A stretch of 64,000 nucleotides of DNA. Origin: Prochlorococcus sp. AG-347-O22 (GTDB lineage Bacteria; Cyanobacteriota; Cyanobacteriia; PCC-6307; Cyanobiaceae). The notes under the pieces were generated by a model. The model had not been told where the DNA came from and did not search any database. It worked only from the letters and a program-made list of their open reading frames with translations. Below are positions 29,994 to 40,351 of the stretch, piece after piece (position 1 is the first letter of the stretch; each line of letters begins with the position of its first letter). Made by a program: the position numbers and the translations under genes. Location: positions 12,524 through 76,523 of the forward strand of contig QCCX01000004.1 in assembly GCA_003278845.1 (NCBI GenBank). The letters run 5' to 3'.

Positions 29994-31226
29994 ATGTATG
30001 ATGTTTTAATTGAATGTTCTCCTGGTATCTCTGGAGACATGTTGTTAGGAGCTTTTTATGATTTAGGGGTACCTAAAAAAGTTATTGAAAAGCCACTTAT
30101 TGATCTTGGATTAAAGGATCTATATCAACTAGATTTTAAGGAATCAAAAAGTTGTTCAATCCGAGGCATTAAGGCAAAGGTTGAGAATATTGACTGTAGT
30201 CCTATTAAAAGAACTTGGAGAAGTATCAAGGACCTTATTTTAAATGGCCACTTAGAAGATAAATTAAAAAAAATAATTTATGAAGTATTTGAATCTTTAG
30301 CAATTGCGGAAGGAAAAGTTCATGGCATTAAATCTGATGAGGTTCATTTTCATGAAATTGGAGCTATAGATTCATTGGTGGATATAATTGGAGTATGTGC
30401 AGCATTGAATTACTTAAATCCAAAGAGAGTTTATTGTAATGAACCAATGTTGGGGAAAGGGTTTGTTCAAACTGAACATGGAAAATTATCTGTACCACCT
30501 CCTGCTGTAATTGAGCTAATAAAACAAAAGAATATTAAGGTTTTATCAAATCTCAACTTAATAGATGGTGAACTCTCAACACCAACTGGGATTGCTTTAC
30601 TTGCTAATTTAGTCGACTATCATGAACCTCCTTCTAAATATTCTATTAACTCTTATGGAGTTGGCATTGGTAATCTAAAATTTAATTCCCCTAATTTGGT
30701 AAGAGTTTATAAAATTACTTCATTTGAGGATTTTTCTATTAACGATAATGAACAAATTAGTCCAAAGTGTGAAGAGATATCTATTCAAGAAGCATGGATT
30801 GATGACCAAACACCCGAAGATATATCTAATTTTGTGGAGAAACTGAGAATTGAGGGAGCTCACGACGTTTCCTATCAAGCTATTAACATGAAAAAAAATA
30901 GAATTGGATTTTCTATTCAAGTAATCTTGCCCATAGAGAAAAAAGAGTTTTTTAGGAGATTATGGTTTGATTATTCCAATACTATTGGGGTTCGTGAAAG
31001 GACCCAATCTAGGTGGATATTACTTAGACGTAGGGGAGAATGTTCAACGACTTTTGGAAATATAAAAGTTAAACAAACTTTGAAACCAGATGGTTCAATA
31101 ATTATGAAACCAGAAAATGATGAGGTTTTGAGAATACATTTAAAGCATAAAATATCAACGCAAGAAATAAGAAAAATAATAAAAGAATCAAGCAAAAAAT
31201 TTAAAGCATTTGAAAACTGGAAATGA
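29994..31226 (+). CDS. larC: LarC-family nickel-insertion protein (nickel-pincer cofactor)
   Basis: GISGDMLLGA, AEGKVHG..VHFHEIGAIDSLVDI, GELSTPTG, IDD, MKKNR, TIGVR. Confidence 0.9.
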   Translation: MYDVLIECSPGISGDMLLGAFYDLGVPKKVIEKPLIDLGLKDLYQLDFKESKSCSIRGIKAKVENIDCSPIKRTWRSIKDLILNGHLEDKLKKIIYEVFESLAIAEGKVHGIKSDEVHFHEIGAIDSLVDIIGVCAALNYLNPKRVYCNEPMLGKGFVQTEHGKLSVPPPAVIELIKQKNIKVLSNLNLIDGELSTPTGIALLANLVDYHEPPSKYSINSYGVGIGNLKFNSPNLVRVYKITSFEDFSINDNEQISPKCEEISIQEAWIDDQTPEDISNFVEKLRIEGAHDVSYQAINMKKNRIGFSIQVILPIEKKEFFRRLWFDYSNTIGVRERTQSRWILLRRRGECSTTFGNIKVKQTLKPDGSIIMKPENDEVLRIHLKHKISTQEIRKIIKESSKKFKAFENWK

Positions 31227-32179
31227 GATTTAACTCAAGTAATAAACAATATCTTAAATTCCTTAAAAAAATTAATTTTGGTTGTTTAAAGAGTATTTTT
31301 TTTATTACAAGCTTGTCCTATTTCTGCATCTATTTTTTTAATAATATTGATCAAATTTCTTTTGATGTCAATTTTGAAAGAAATGGAATTAATCTATTTT
31401 TATCATTTTTATTTTGTATTTTAAGTATTTACCTGAACGCTTATGCATGGAAATATATTGTTAGATGGTTCGGGAAAGAATTTAAAAGTAATAATCTAGT
31501 CTCTTTTTATGTTTTAACCAATATTCTTAAATACGTTCCAGGAGGGGTTTGGCATTTTGTAGAAAGATTTAATTTTATAAAAAAAATAAGTAATCCTAGG
31601 ACTGCTTTGTATTCGACACTTATAGAACCTTATTTTATGTTGAGTGGATCTTTTCTCTTGGCATCGATGGGATTGATTTTTTCACCATTTTATATTTTTT
31701 TAATTTTCCCTTTGGTATTCCTAAATAGGAAATTTATTTTTCTAATCTTAAAAAGATTACGGTCTCTTAAGGGAAAAGTAGTTGAGGTCTTGAGACTTCC
31801 AAATTCAAAGGACCAATTTGAAGAGAGAATAAATATAATTTCATTTTTCCCTACTAAAGCTTTATTTCTTGAAATTGGATTTGTTTTATCTAAATTTATT
31901 GGTTTTTATATTTGCTTAAATACTTTTTATGCGGGTAATACTCTGAACATTATATTTTTATTGGTAATCTTTTCTTTGTCATGGTCTTTAGGCTTGGTAG
32001 TACCAGCAGCTCCAGGAGGAGTTGGTGTTTTTGAGGCTTGCCTCCTTATACTTGTAGGCAAAAGTATTCCACAAAATATAATTATCATTTGTTTAGTTTA
32101 TTTTAGGGTTATATCTACCTCGGCAGATTTGTTTTTAAGCCTACCTTTCTTAATAAGAAAACTTTATAAAAGAATTTAG
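31223..32179 (+). CDS. Lysylphosphatidylglycerol-synthase TM/flippase-like membrane protein (UPF0104)
   Basis: KYVPGGVW, PAAPGGVGVFE, YFR; multi-TM; ATGA overlap with larC. Confidence 0.8.
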   Translation: MRFNSSNKQYLKFLKKINFGCLKSIFFITSLSYFCIYFFNNIDQISFDVNFERNGINLFLSFLFCILSIYLNAYAWKYIVRWFGKEFKSNNLVSFYVLTNILKYVPGGVWHFVERFNFIKKISNPRTALYSTLIEPYFMLSGSFLLASMGLIFSPFYIFLIFPLVFLNRKFIFLILKRLRSLKGKVVEVLRLPNSKDQFEERINIISFFPTKALFLEIGFVLSKFIGFYICLNTFYAGNTLNIIFLLVIFSLSWSLGLVVPAAPGGVGVFEACLLILVGKSIPQNIIIICLVYFRVISTSADLFLSLPFLIRKLYKRI

Positions 32180-33714
32180 TTTTTTTTCTCTAAACTTGGT
32201 ATCAATGTTATTGAAGCAATAAGGCCTAAAGTCATGATAATAATGGCTGGTAATATTGCCTCTACCATTCTTTCATCTCCAGCATATTGATATATCCTCA
32301 CTGATAACGTATCAAAATCAAATGGTCTCAAAATAAAGGTCATGGGTAATTCTTTTATCGTGTCTACAAAAACTAAAAGTGATCCTACGAATATTGGTCC
32401 CTGAAGAAGAGGAAGATGAATTCTTTTGATGATGCCCGGCCAATTCTCTCCTAGTCCAAGTGCAGCTTCATCTAGACTAGGAGAAATTCTCTCAAGACTT
32501 GAATCAATAGAACCCTTAGAAATAGTTAGAAATCGAACAAGATAACCCCAAATTAGTAAGCATATAGCAATGAAATTCAATTTTGGAGAAGAAATGCTTA
32601 TTAATGATAAAGCTAATACAGTGCCGGGAATTGCATAACCTATCCCCGCAAGGTTTGTTATTAGTCCTAGTAATAAGCTTTTATTTGGACGTCTTGCTAA
32701 GGAAATTATTAAGGAGAAAAACATCGTTAGTAATGCAGTAAAAAATCCTAGACTTATGGTCCTGAATGATAGGGTAAGTAATTCTATTGATAACCCTTTT
32801 TGAATTTGATCGATATTGAGCAGAATCCAAAAACATGGAATTCCAAAAGAGAAAATTGGAGGAAATAAAGATATTGTTATTGCTAAAAGAGCTCTTGTTT
32901 TTTTTAATTCCCACCCTTGAGAATCTTTTGATGCAGGATTTTCACTCCACCGCTTTGATTTTCTTCTCGAGAATTTTTCAAAAATAATTAAAGTGAAAAT
33001 TATTAATAAAGCTACCAAAGATAGTCCAATAGCACTTTTTGGATTACCCTCAATTATCCAATTTTCGGCTATACCTGTAGAAATACTTGGAATATTTAAT
33101 AATGCAAAAGTTCCCAACTCATTCATTACTTCCATACACATTAAACTTATTCCTGTTATTAGTGCTGGTAACGCCATTGGAAAAGCGATTTTAAAGAAGC
33201 TCCTCCATGGCCCGACTCCTAATCCTCTACTAGCATTGATTTGATTAACTCCAAATTTATTAAAACTTTCGTTAGCAAGAATGAATACATATGGATAAGT
33301 AGAAATTGAAAGTATTAATACTCCCCACCATAAACCGGTTACTTGATACCCAAAAATACTTCCTAAATCCTGCAAAACAGCAGTTATTAGGTATGCTGGG
33401 GCGGCTAGTGGAATGAGCTGACAAATACGGAGAACTTTTCTGAACTTAAAATCACAATTTGAAAGTAACCATCCATTTAAAGTGCCTAATCCTCCGCCAA
33501 AAAAACTTGTTAGTACTAAAACTTTTAAAGTTTTTAATACCTCTTCTCCTCCAGCACTGCCTAATGAAAAATTCCCACTTAAAATATAATGAACTCCTTC
33601 AAGAAGAAAATTGGAAATTGGAATGATTACTAAAAGTGCAACAATAAACGAAGTAAAATAAAAAAGTTTTAATTCGGTTAATGCTTTCTTAAATCCTTTA
33701 ATAAGTATTTTCAA
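32176..33714 (-). CDS. futB: Fe(III) ABC transporter permease
   Basis: Two BPD_transp halves with EAA loops (ASRGLG; DEAALGLG), YAIPGTV, KELP. Confidence 0.88.
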   Translation of the reverse strand: MKILIKGFKKALTELKLFYFTSFIVALLVIIPISNFLLEGVHYILSGNFSLGSAGGEEVLKTLKVLVLTSFFGGGLGTLNGWLLSNCDFKFRKVLRICQLIPLAAPAYLITAVLQDLGSIFGYQVTGLWWGVLILSISTYPYVFILANESFNKFGVNQINASRGLGVGPWRSFFKIAFPMALPALITGISLMCMEVMNELGTFALLNIPSISTGIAENWIIEGNPKSAIGLSLVALLIIFTLIIFEKFSRRKSKRWSENPASKDSQGWELKKTRALLAITISLFPPIFSFGIPCFWILLNIDQIQKGLSIELLTLSFRTISLGFFTALLTMFFSLIISLARRPNKSLLLGLITNLAGIGYAIPGTVLALSLISISSPKLNFIAICLLIWGYLVRFLTISKGSIDSSLERISPSLDEAALGLGENWPGIIKRIHLPLLQGPIFVGSLLVFVDTIKELPMTFILRPFDFDTLSVRIYQYAGDERMVEAILPAIIIMTLGLIASITLIPSLEKKN

Positions 33715-33741
33715 AAATTAATTAATCCTAATATGTAAACA

Positions 33742-34722
33742 CTAATCTCTACTAAATCTACATGAAGAAAGTTGATTCTTAATAGTTTGATGATCTAAGT
33801 TTTTACCAATTAATACTATCTTATTAGATTTTTCTTTTGTCCATTCTTCATCATCTAGAGAAAATCGTTTTCCAGATAGGTGAAAAATGTGTTTTCTATC
33901 ACTCTCCATAAACCATAATATTCCTTTCGCTCTAAATACATTTTGTGAGATTTGATTATCTAAGAAATATTGAAACTTCCTTAAGGAGAATGGTTCAAAT
34001 GTCTCATAAGAAACTGATGTAAAACCTTCTATATTATTCAAATCGTGAGAATGGGAAGAGTGATCGTGAGAATTTTGTTCTATATTGTTTTTATTTTTCT
34101 CGAATTCAAAAGTATCCGTCTCAAATAGACCTACACTCATTATTGTATGTAATGAAACTTCACTATTAGTTGATCTCAAAATCCTTGGTTCTTTTTTTAT
34201 TTTATTTATAAACTCCTCTATTTTCTTTAATTGTTTTTCATTTACTAAATCAGATTTATTAAGAAGAAGGATATCTCCGTATAAAATTTGAGAATAGGCG
34301 ACACTTGTATTATTAATTTCAAAATCAAAATTTTCTCCATCAATGACAGTGATTATCGAATCTAATCTTACTTTTTCTCTAAGATCACCAGCCGCAAAAG
34401 TCATGGCAACCGGTAATGGATCTGCTAATCCAGTTGTTTCAACAATCAAATAGTCTAATTTTTCAGCTCTTTCTAAAACTTTGGATACGGTATTTAATAA
34501 TTCGCCATTGATAGAGCAACATATACATCCATTATTTAATTCGATCATATCTTCTGAGCCTTCTATTATTAAGTCATTATCTATTCCGATTTCTCCAAAT
34601 TCGTTGACTAAAACAGCTGTTTTAATACCAACTTGATTTTTTAAAATATGATTTAGAAGTGTAGTTTTGCCAGAACCTAAAAATCCACTAATAATAGTAA
34701 CTGGCAATAAATTTTTAGACAT
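33742..34722 (-). CDS. COG0523/CobW-family metal-chaperone GTPase
   Basis: GFLGSGKTT, NEFG, GCICC, ETTG, NKSD, short His linker, CobW_C RAKG. Confidence 0.92.
   Translation of the reverse strand: MSKNLLPVTIISGFLGSGKTTLLNHILKNQVGIKTAVLVNEFGEIGIDNDLIIEGSEDMIELNNGCICCSINGELLNTVSKVLERAEKLDYLIVETTGLADPLPVAMTFAAGDLREKVRLDSIITVIDGENFDFEINNTSVAYSQILYGDILLLNKSDLVNEKQLKKIEEFINKIKKEPRILRSTNSEVSLHTIMSVGLFETDTFEFEKNKNNIEQNSHDHSSHSHDLNNIEGFTSVSYETFEPFSLRKFQYFLDNQISQNVFRAKGILWFMESDRKHIFHLSGKRFSLDDEEWTKEKSNKIVLIGKNLDHQTIKNQLSSCRFSRD
34042..34073 (-). repeat. 21-bp-period repeat remnant encoding the His linker SHDHSSHSHD
   Basis: atcgtgagaat at 34042 and 34063 on the plus strand. Confidence 0.7.
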
Positions 34723-34751
34723 TTTGAATAGTTGCAAACAAGTTTATATTT

Positions 34752-35042
34752 TTATTGATCGAAAATTTTGTTGATTTCCGAAGCTAATGTTTGATCCAGA
34801 TTCGTAATACCTCCTAGATCATGTGTATTTAATTTAATTATTACTTTTGCATAAACATTCTCCCAGTTAGGATGATGATTATATTTTTCACAGATTAAAG
34901 CAACCTTAGTCATAAAAGCAAAGGCTTCAATAAAATTAGCGAAGTTAAATTCTCTTTGGATTTGTTTAGATTTAATTTCCCAGCCGGGTATTTTGACAAC
35001 TAATTCATTCAATTCTTCATCTTGCAAAATGTAGGGTTCCAT
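34752..35042 (-). CDS. phhB: Pterin-4-alpha-carbinolamine dehydratase
   Basis: F.NF.EAFAF, NHHP, THD.GGIT..D motifs. Confidence 0.92.
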   Translation of the reverse strand: MEPYILQDEELNELVVKIPGWEIKSKQIQREFNFANFIEAFAFMTKVALICEKYNHHPNWENVYAKVIIKLNTHDLGGITNLDQTLASEINKIFDQ

Positions 35043-35078
35043 TAAATAAGAAATCTGACTTATTACATTATAAATATC

Positions 35079-35534
35079 TTACTTTTTCTCACCAATTATA
35101 TGTACATTTATGATTCTTTCCTTTTGATCAAATCGATGTTCCCATAAATAAACTGCTTGCCATGTGCCAAGCATAATTTTCCCGTCTTGAAAACTTAAAG
35201 ATAAACAAGTGTTTGTTAGGGATGTTTTAATATGCGCTGGCATATCGTCAGCCCCTTCTTGATAATGTTTATAGGATATTTCTTCTCTATTTTTTGATAA
35301 AGTTAAGTAGGAATCATAGGGAACTATCGATTGCATATACTTTTTTAGGTCCCTCAGTACATTTGGATCTGCGTTCTCATTAATAGTTAAACTACAACTT
35401 GTATGAAGTGAAGTTAAATTCAAAATTCCCGAATGAAAATTATTTTTTTCAACACATAAATTTAAATCATTTGTGATATCAATAAAACCCTCGCCATGGG
35501 TTATGAATTTTAATTTTGAAAATATTTGTTCCAT
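35079..35534 (-). CDS. yjbQ: YjbQ/UPF0047 family protein
   Basis: HTSCSLTINENADP, DMPAHIK, LGTWQ..YLWE. Confidence 0.92.
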   Translation of the reverse strand: MEQIFSKLKFITHGEGFIDITNDLNLCVEKNNFHSGILNLTSLHTSCSLTINENADPNVLRDLKKYMQSIVPYDSYLTLSKNREEISYKHYQEGADDMPAHIKTSLTNTCLSLSFQDGKIMLGTWQAVYLWEHRFDQKERIINVHIIGEKK

Positions 35535-35642
35535 ATAAATTAAAACTTAATTAATCAATATCCTATTATGGATAAAGATGCATGTTTTACTGCAGACATT
35601 AAAATTTTTATCTTAAGATAAATTTAATTTCCATTTAAATCT

Positions 35643-37148
35643 TTGGCTGAAACTCATTGGAATAAGCTGGGTGCTTACCTTAAAGAAACACAAATATTAG
35701 GTTCAATCCAAAATACACTTTATTGGGATCAGAATACTGGAATGCCTAAGAAAGGTGCTTCTTGGAGGTCTGAACAACTTACTTATATTGCAAAAGTATT
35801 GCATGAAAGAAATTCTTCCGAGGAATTTTCTAATTTAATACAATCTGCTAAAAATGAACTAGCAGATATTGAACGAAATTCCGATAATCAACTTTTCATA
35901 AAAGATAAAGAAAGAAATATTAGTCTTTTATTGAAGGAATTTAATAGAGAAAGAAATTTAGATCCTAAATTAGTTGAGTCTCTAGCAAAGGCAAAATCTA
36001 AAGGGTATGAAAGCTGGCAAGAAGCTAAGGAAAAATCAGATTTTAAAATTTTTCTTCCTTTCTTTGAAGAATTAGTTAAATTGCGGATTGAAGAGGCAAA
36101 GCAAATATCAGATAAATATTCACCATGGGAAACTTTAGCCCAACCCTTTGAGCCTGAATTAACTTTAAAGTGGCTGAATAAAATGTTTCAGCCTTTGAAA
36201 GATACTCTCCCAGCGTTGATTAGAGGGATCAATAAATCTAAGAAATATCACTGGGATTTGAGTCCTGAATCTCAACATAATTTATGTTCTCAATTACTTG
36301 ATGAGTTTGGGAGAGATAAAGATCTAGTTGTTGTTGGTAAATCTCCCCATCCTTTTTCGATTACATTAGGGCCTAATGATTACAGGATTACGACAAGAAT
36401 TGTTGAAGGTGAACCATTATCAAGTTTTTTAGCAACTGCACATGAGTGGGGGCATTCTATTTATGAGCAGGGTTTGCCATCTCAAAGTCACCAATGGTTT
36501 GCTTGGCCTTTAGGTCAAGCAACCTCTATGGGTATTCATGAAAGTCAATCTTTATTTTGGGAAAATAGAATAGTTAAATCCAAATCTTTTTCAAAAAGAT
36601 TTTTTAACAAATTTATTTCGGCTGGATGTTCTCTTAATAATTATTTAGAACTATGGAAATCTATTAATCATTTGGAAGCAGGATTAAATAGGGTTGAAGC
36701 GGATGAATTGACTTATGGCTTACACATATTAATAAGAACGGAACTTGAAATTGATTTAATTGAAAGAGGTTTACCTGCTGAAGATATTCCAACAGAATGG
36801 AATAAAAGATATTGTGAACTTCTAGGAATTAAACCATCTAATGATTCAGAAGGCTGTCTTCAAGATGTTCATTGGAGTGAAGGGGCGTTTGGATATTTCC
36901 CCTCATATTTGTTAGGACATGTTATAAGTGCGCAAATATCTTCTCAAATGGAAAGAGACATAGGTTTGATTGACAACTTAATTGAAAATGGTGAATATGA
37001 AAAGATCATCTTTTGGTTAAAAAATAATATACATAAATATGGCAGATCAGTTAATTGTATGGAGTTGGTAAGAGCTGTAACTAATGAAGAACTATCGCCA
37101 AACTATTTTATTAATCATTTAAGGTCTAAAATAAATGATTTTTGCTGA
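35643..37148 (+). CDS. Carboxypeptidase, M32 (Taq) family
   Basis: HPF, HEWGH, HESQS, RVEADE, GCLQDVHW, GYFPSY. Confidence 0.95.
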   Translation: MAETHWNKLGAYLKETQILGSIQNTLYWDQNTGMPKKGASWRSEQLTYIAKVLHERNSSEEFSNLIQSAKNELADIERNSDNQLFIKDKERNISLLLKEFNRERNLDPKLVESLAKAKSKGYESWQEAKEKSDFKIFLPFFEELVKLRIEEAKQISDKYSPWETLAQPFEPELTLKWLNKMFQPLKDTLPALIRGINKSKKYHWDLSPESQHNLCSQLLDEFGRDKDLVVVGKSPHPFSITLGPNDYRITTRIVEGEPLSSFLATAHEWGHSIYEQGLPSQSHQWFAWPLGQATSMGIHESQSLFWENRIVKSKSFSKRFFNKFISAGCSLNNYLELWKSINHLEAGLNRVEADELTYGLHILIRTELEIDLIERGLPAEDIPTEWNKRYCELLGIKPSNDSEGCLQDVHWSEGAFGYFPSYLLGHVISAQISSQMERDIGLIDNLIENGEYEKIIFWLKNNIHKYGRSVNCMELVRAVTNEELSPNYFINHLRSKINDFC

Positions 37149-37211
37149 AACATTACTTTTAAAGAATTTGGTTAGGTGTGAGGATGTAAGATAAACAAAA
37201 ATAATTTCTTG

Positions 37212-37799
37212 ATGGCAAATCTAAATCAGCCCCCAAGCAGGGTTACCCCAAATTTATTGCACATACTAAATGCTTTCACTGACAGCTCAAATACAATAAT
37301 AAACACTATTGTTGAATTGAACTCTAATACCATAAATAAATATGAATTAATTACAGAAACGGGCCATCTTAAACTTGATAGGGTAGGTTATTCATCACTT
37401 GCGTATCCTTTTGCTTATGGATGTATTCCAAGGACATGGGATGAAGATGGAGATCCGCTTGATGTAGAAATTGTTGGGGTAACTGAGCCATTGATACCCG
37501 GATCTATTGTGGAAGCAAGGATTATTGGGGTGATGAAATTTGATGATGGTGGAGAGGTCGATGATAAGGTAATAGCGGTTCTTGCAGATGATAAAAGAAT
37601 GGATCATATCTCAAGTTATGAAGACCTTGGAGATCATTGGTTAAAAGAAACAAAGTATTATTGGGAGCACTACAAAGATCTAAAAAAACCCGGAACATGT
37701 ACTGTTAATGGTTTTTTTGGGATAGAAGAAGCTGTTAAAGTGATTAAAGATTGTGAAGAGAGATACAAAAAAGAAATTGATCCTAAATTAGTAAATTAA
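37212..37799 (+). CDS. ppa: Family I soluble inorganic pyrophosphatase (catalytic residues intact)
   Basis: KYE, LDR, YG, DGDPLD, DDK, HYK all present. Confidence 0.93.
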   Translation: MANLNQPPSRVTPNLLHILNAFTDSSNTIINTIVELNSNTINKYELITETGHLKLDRVGYSSLAYPFAYGCIPRTWDEDGDPLDVEIVGVTEPLIPGSIVEARIIGVMKFDDGGEVDDKVIAVLADDKRMDHISSYEDLGDHWLKETKYYWEHYKDLKKPGTCTVNGFFGIEEAVKVIKDCEERYKKEIDPKLVN

Positions 37800-37805
37800 C
37801 TAATT

Positions 37806-38756
37806 TTATTTTTCTCTAAATTTTTCAAATATTTCGCTTAGTATTTCTTCGGCACCTTGCTGCTTTAATTTTTTAGCTAGTTCTTTGCCTACTTCTTCGG
37901 GATCATTAATATTGCCAATATATTGATCTTTAATAAGCCTTTCTCCATCAAGAGATGCAACCATACCAGTAAGGCAAAGTTGTTCATTCTGAATTTTACT
38001 ATTCACACCTATTGGGACTTGGCATCCACCTTCAAGCTCTCTTAAAAAAGCCCTTTCTGCTAGACATCTTTGACTGGTGGGTTTATCTTCTAAGATATTT
38101 ATAATTTCTAAAACTTTTTTATCATCAGATTTACATTCAATGCCTAGTGCTCCTTGGCCAACGGCATGAAGGGAAACTTCACTTGGGATAATCTGGTGAA
38201 TTCTTGATTCAAAGCCTAATCTTTTTAAACCAGCTGCCGCAAGAATTATACAATCAAATTCTCCTGCATCTAATTTTTCAATTCTTGTAATAACATTTCC
38301 CCTGATATCTTTGAAAACAAGATGTGGGTACTTATTTCTTAGTTGTGCAAGTCTTCTTAGGGAGCTTGTTCCAACAATCGAACCTTCAGGTAAGGTTTCT
38401 AATTTATAAGAGTTATTTTTTTTGTTTACTACTAAAGCATCTGCAGGATCTTCCCTTTTTGTAATGCATCCTAATTTAAGGCCATTTGGTAAATTGGTTG
38501 GCAAATCTTTCAGAGAATGTACTGCTATATCTGCATGTCCAACGAGCATTTGTGCTTCAAGTTCTTTTGTAAACAAGCCTTTGTCGCCTATTTTTGCTAA
38601 GGCTACATCCAGGATTTTGTCCCCTTGCGTTGCCATAGCTTCAATAGATACATCTAAATTGGGAATATTCCTTTCTAGTTGATCTTTAACCCATAAAGTT
38701 TGAACCATTGCTAGCTTACTTCTTCTACTAGCTATTCTCAGCTTAAGATTAGTCAT
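37806..38756 (-). CDS. hemC: Hydroxymethylbilane synthase
   Basis: [35 protein letters not shown]. Confidence 0.98.
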   Translation of the reverse strand: MTNLKLRIASRRSKLAMVQTLWVKDQLERNIPNLDVSIEAMATQGDKILDVALAKIGDKGLFTKELEAQMLVGHADIAVHSLKDLPTNLPNGLKLGCITKREDPADALVVNKKNNSYKLETLPEGSIVGTSSLRRLAQLRNKYPHLVFKDIRGNVITRIEKLDAGEFDCIILAAAGLKRLGFESRIHQIIPSEVSLHAVGQGALGIECKSDDKKVLEIINILEDKPTSQRCLAERAFLRELEGGCQVPIGVNSKIQNEQLCLTGMVASLDGERLIKDQYIGNINDPEEVGKELAKKLKQQGAEEILSEIFEKFREK

Positions 38757-38852
38757 TAAATATTATTTTGAGTTTGAATTAAAATAAAGTCCAATATATT
38801 TTAAGCTATTCTTTTGCAAGTTTCTAAAGCTGAAAATTATACTTAACTTTTT

Positions 38853-40031
38853 TTATTTTATATATTCTTTTAAAACACCATTTCGATTTGGATGTCTAAG
38901 TTTTCTTAGGGCTTTTGCTTCAATTTGTCTAATCCTTTCTCGCGTCACATCAAAAATTTGACCAATTTCTTCAAGAGTTTTCATCCTTCCATCATCAATT
39001 CCATATCTCAATCTGAGAACATCTCTTTCCCTTGGACTTAGAGTGGCTAAGACTCCTTCCAAATCTTCTCTTAATAAAGTTTTAGAAACATCCTGCTCTG
39101 GATTTTCTATATCAGCCTCTATAAAATCCCCGAGTCTTGAGTCTTCTTCTTTCCCTATTGGAGTTTCTAAAGAAATAGGAAGCTGGGCACTTTTAGCTAT
39201 AAATCTTAATTTTTCAATTGTCATTTCCATACTCTCAGCGATTTCTTCTTCACTAGGTTTCCTGCCAAATTCTTGGCTAAGAACTTTTGTGGTTTTTTTA
39301 ATTCTGGATATTGTCTCGTATAAATGGACTGGCAATCTAATCGTTCTACTTTGATCCGCAATTGCTCTTGTAATGGCTTGGCGAATCCACCAAGTTGCGT
39401 ATGTAGAAAACTTGTAACCTTTTTCATGGTCAAATTTTTCCGCTGCCCTAATTAGACCCAGACTTCCTTCTTGGATTAAGTCTTGAAATGATAAACCTCT
39501 ATTCATATATTTTTTAGCAATGGAAACAACCAATCTTAAATTTGATTGGACCATTTTTTCTTTAGCTCTCCTACCTAAAAGAAGTCTTCTTCTGAATTTG
39601 GAGAGAGGCATATCTATTAACTCAGCCCATTCTCTAACTGATGGGAAATGTCCTTTTTCTGACTCATATTGAGTTGCCAGTTCTTCTAATTGAAGTAAGT
39701 CAGCAATTTTTCTTGCAAGTTCAATTTCTTCATCTGGTCTTAAAAGTCTAATTCTTCCAATTTCTTGGAGATAAACTCTTATTGAATCTTCAGTGTAGAT
39801 ACCTTTTGGGCCAAGCTTAATATTCCCAAGCCCTTTATCATCTTCAGAATCACTGAACTCATCAGTATTTTCAATACTGCTTTCATTTAACTCAGAAGAT
39901 TTCTCTAAACTTTGACCATTTTTATTAATATCCTCTTCAACTACTGTTTCTAAGTTTGTATTAATTTTTTTATTGATCTTTTTTTTTGAGCTTTGCTTGG
40001 AATTCTTTGATTCAGCTGCTACTGGACACAT
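38853..40031 (-). CDS. rpoD: Principal sigma factor (group 1, SigA)
   Basis: [57 protein letters not shown]. Confidence 0.97.
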   Translation of the reverse strand: MCPVAAESKNSKQSSKKKINKKINTNLETVVEEDINKNGQSLEKSSELNESSIENTDEFSDSEDDKGLGNIKLGPKGIYTEDSIRVYLQEIGRIRLLRPDEEIELARKIADLLQLEELATQYESEKGHFPSVREWAELIDMPLSKFRRRLLLGRRAKEKMVQSNLRLVVSIAKKYMNRGLSFQDLIQEGSLGLIRAAEKFDHEKGYKFSTYATWWIRQAITRAIADQSRTIRLPVHLYETISRIKKTTKVLSQEFGRKPSEEEIAESMEMTIEKLRFIAKSAQLPISLETPIGKEEDSRLGDFIEADIENPEQDVSKTLLREDLEGVLATLSPRERDVLRLRYGIDDGRMKTLEEIGQIFDVTRERIRQIEAKALRKLRHPNRNGVLKEYIK

Positions 40032-40351
40032 GATTTACTCCTTTCTACGGTGAATTTAACTAGATTAAATTTTATTTAGGGCTAATTTGAACATTTAGTA
40101 GTAAAGTCCCCTTAATGTTTAAAAACTTTTTCTCAAAATGAGAATAAGAAAAGGTTTCTAAATTGTTGAAAAATTTAAATAGTGCTATAGATTACCTAAA
40201 GTAAAAAGTCTTGGGATTTCTCAGACAGGCAGATCATTTTTTGAATTTTCAGTCAATGATCAAAGCTTCATGTCTCCCTTAAGAGCAGGATACTTACAAT
40301 GTGCAAAAACACTTTGTGGAATGTTCAACAATCCAATACTAAGAAAAAGTT

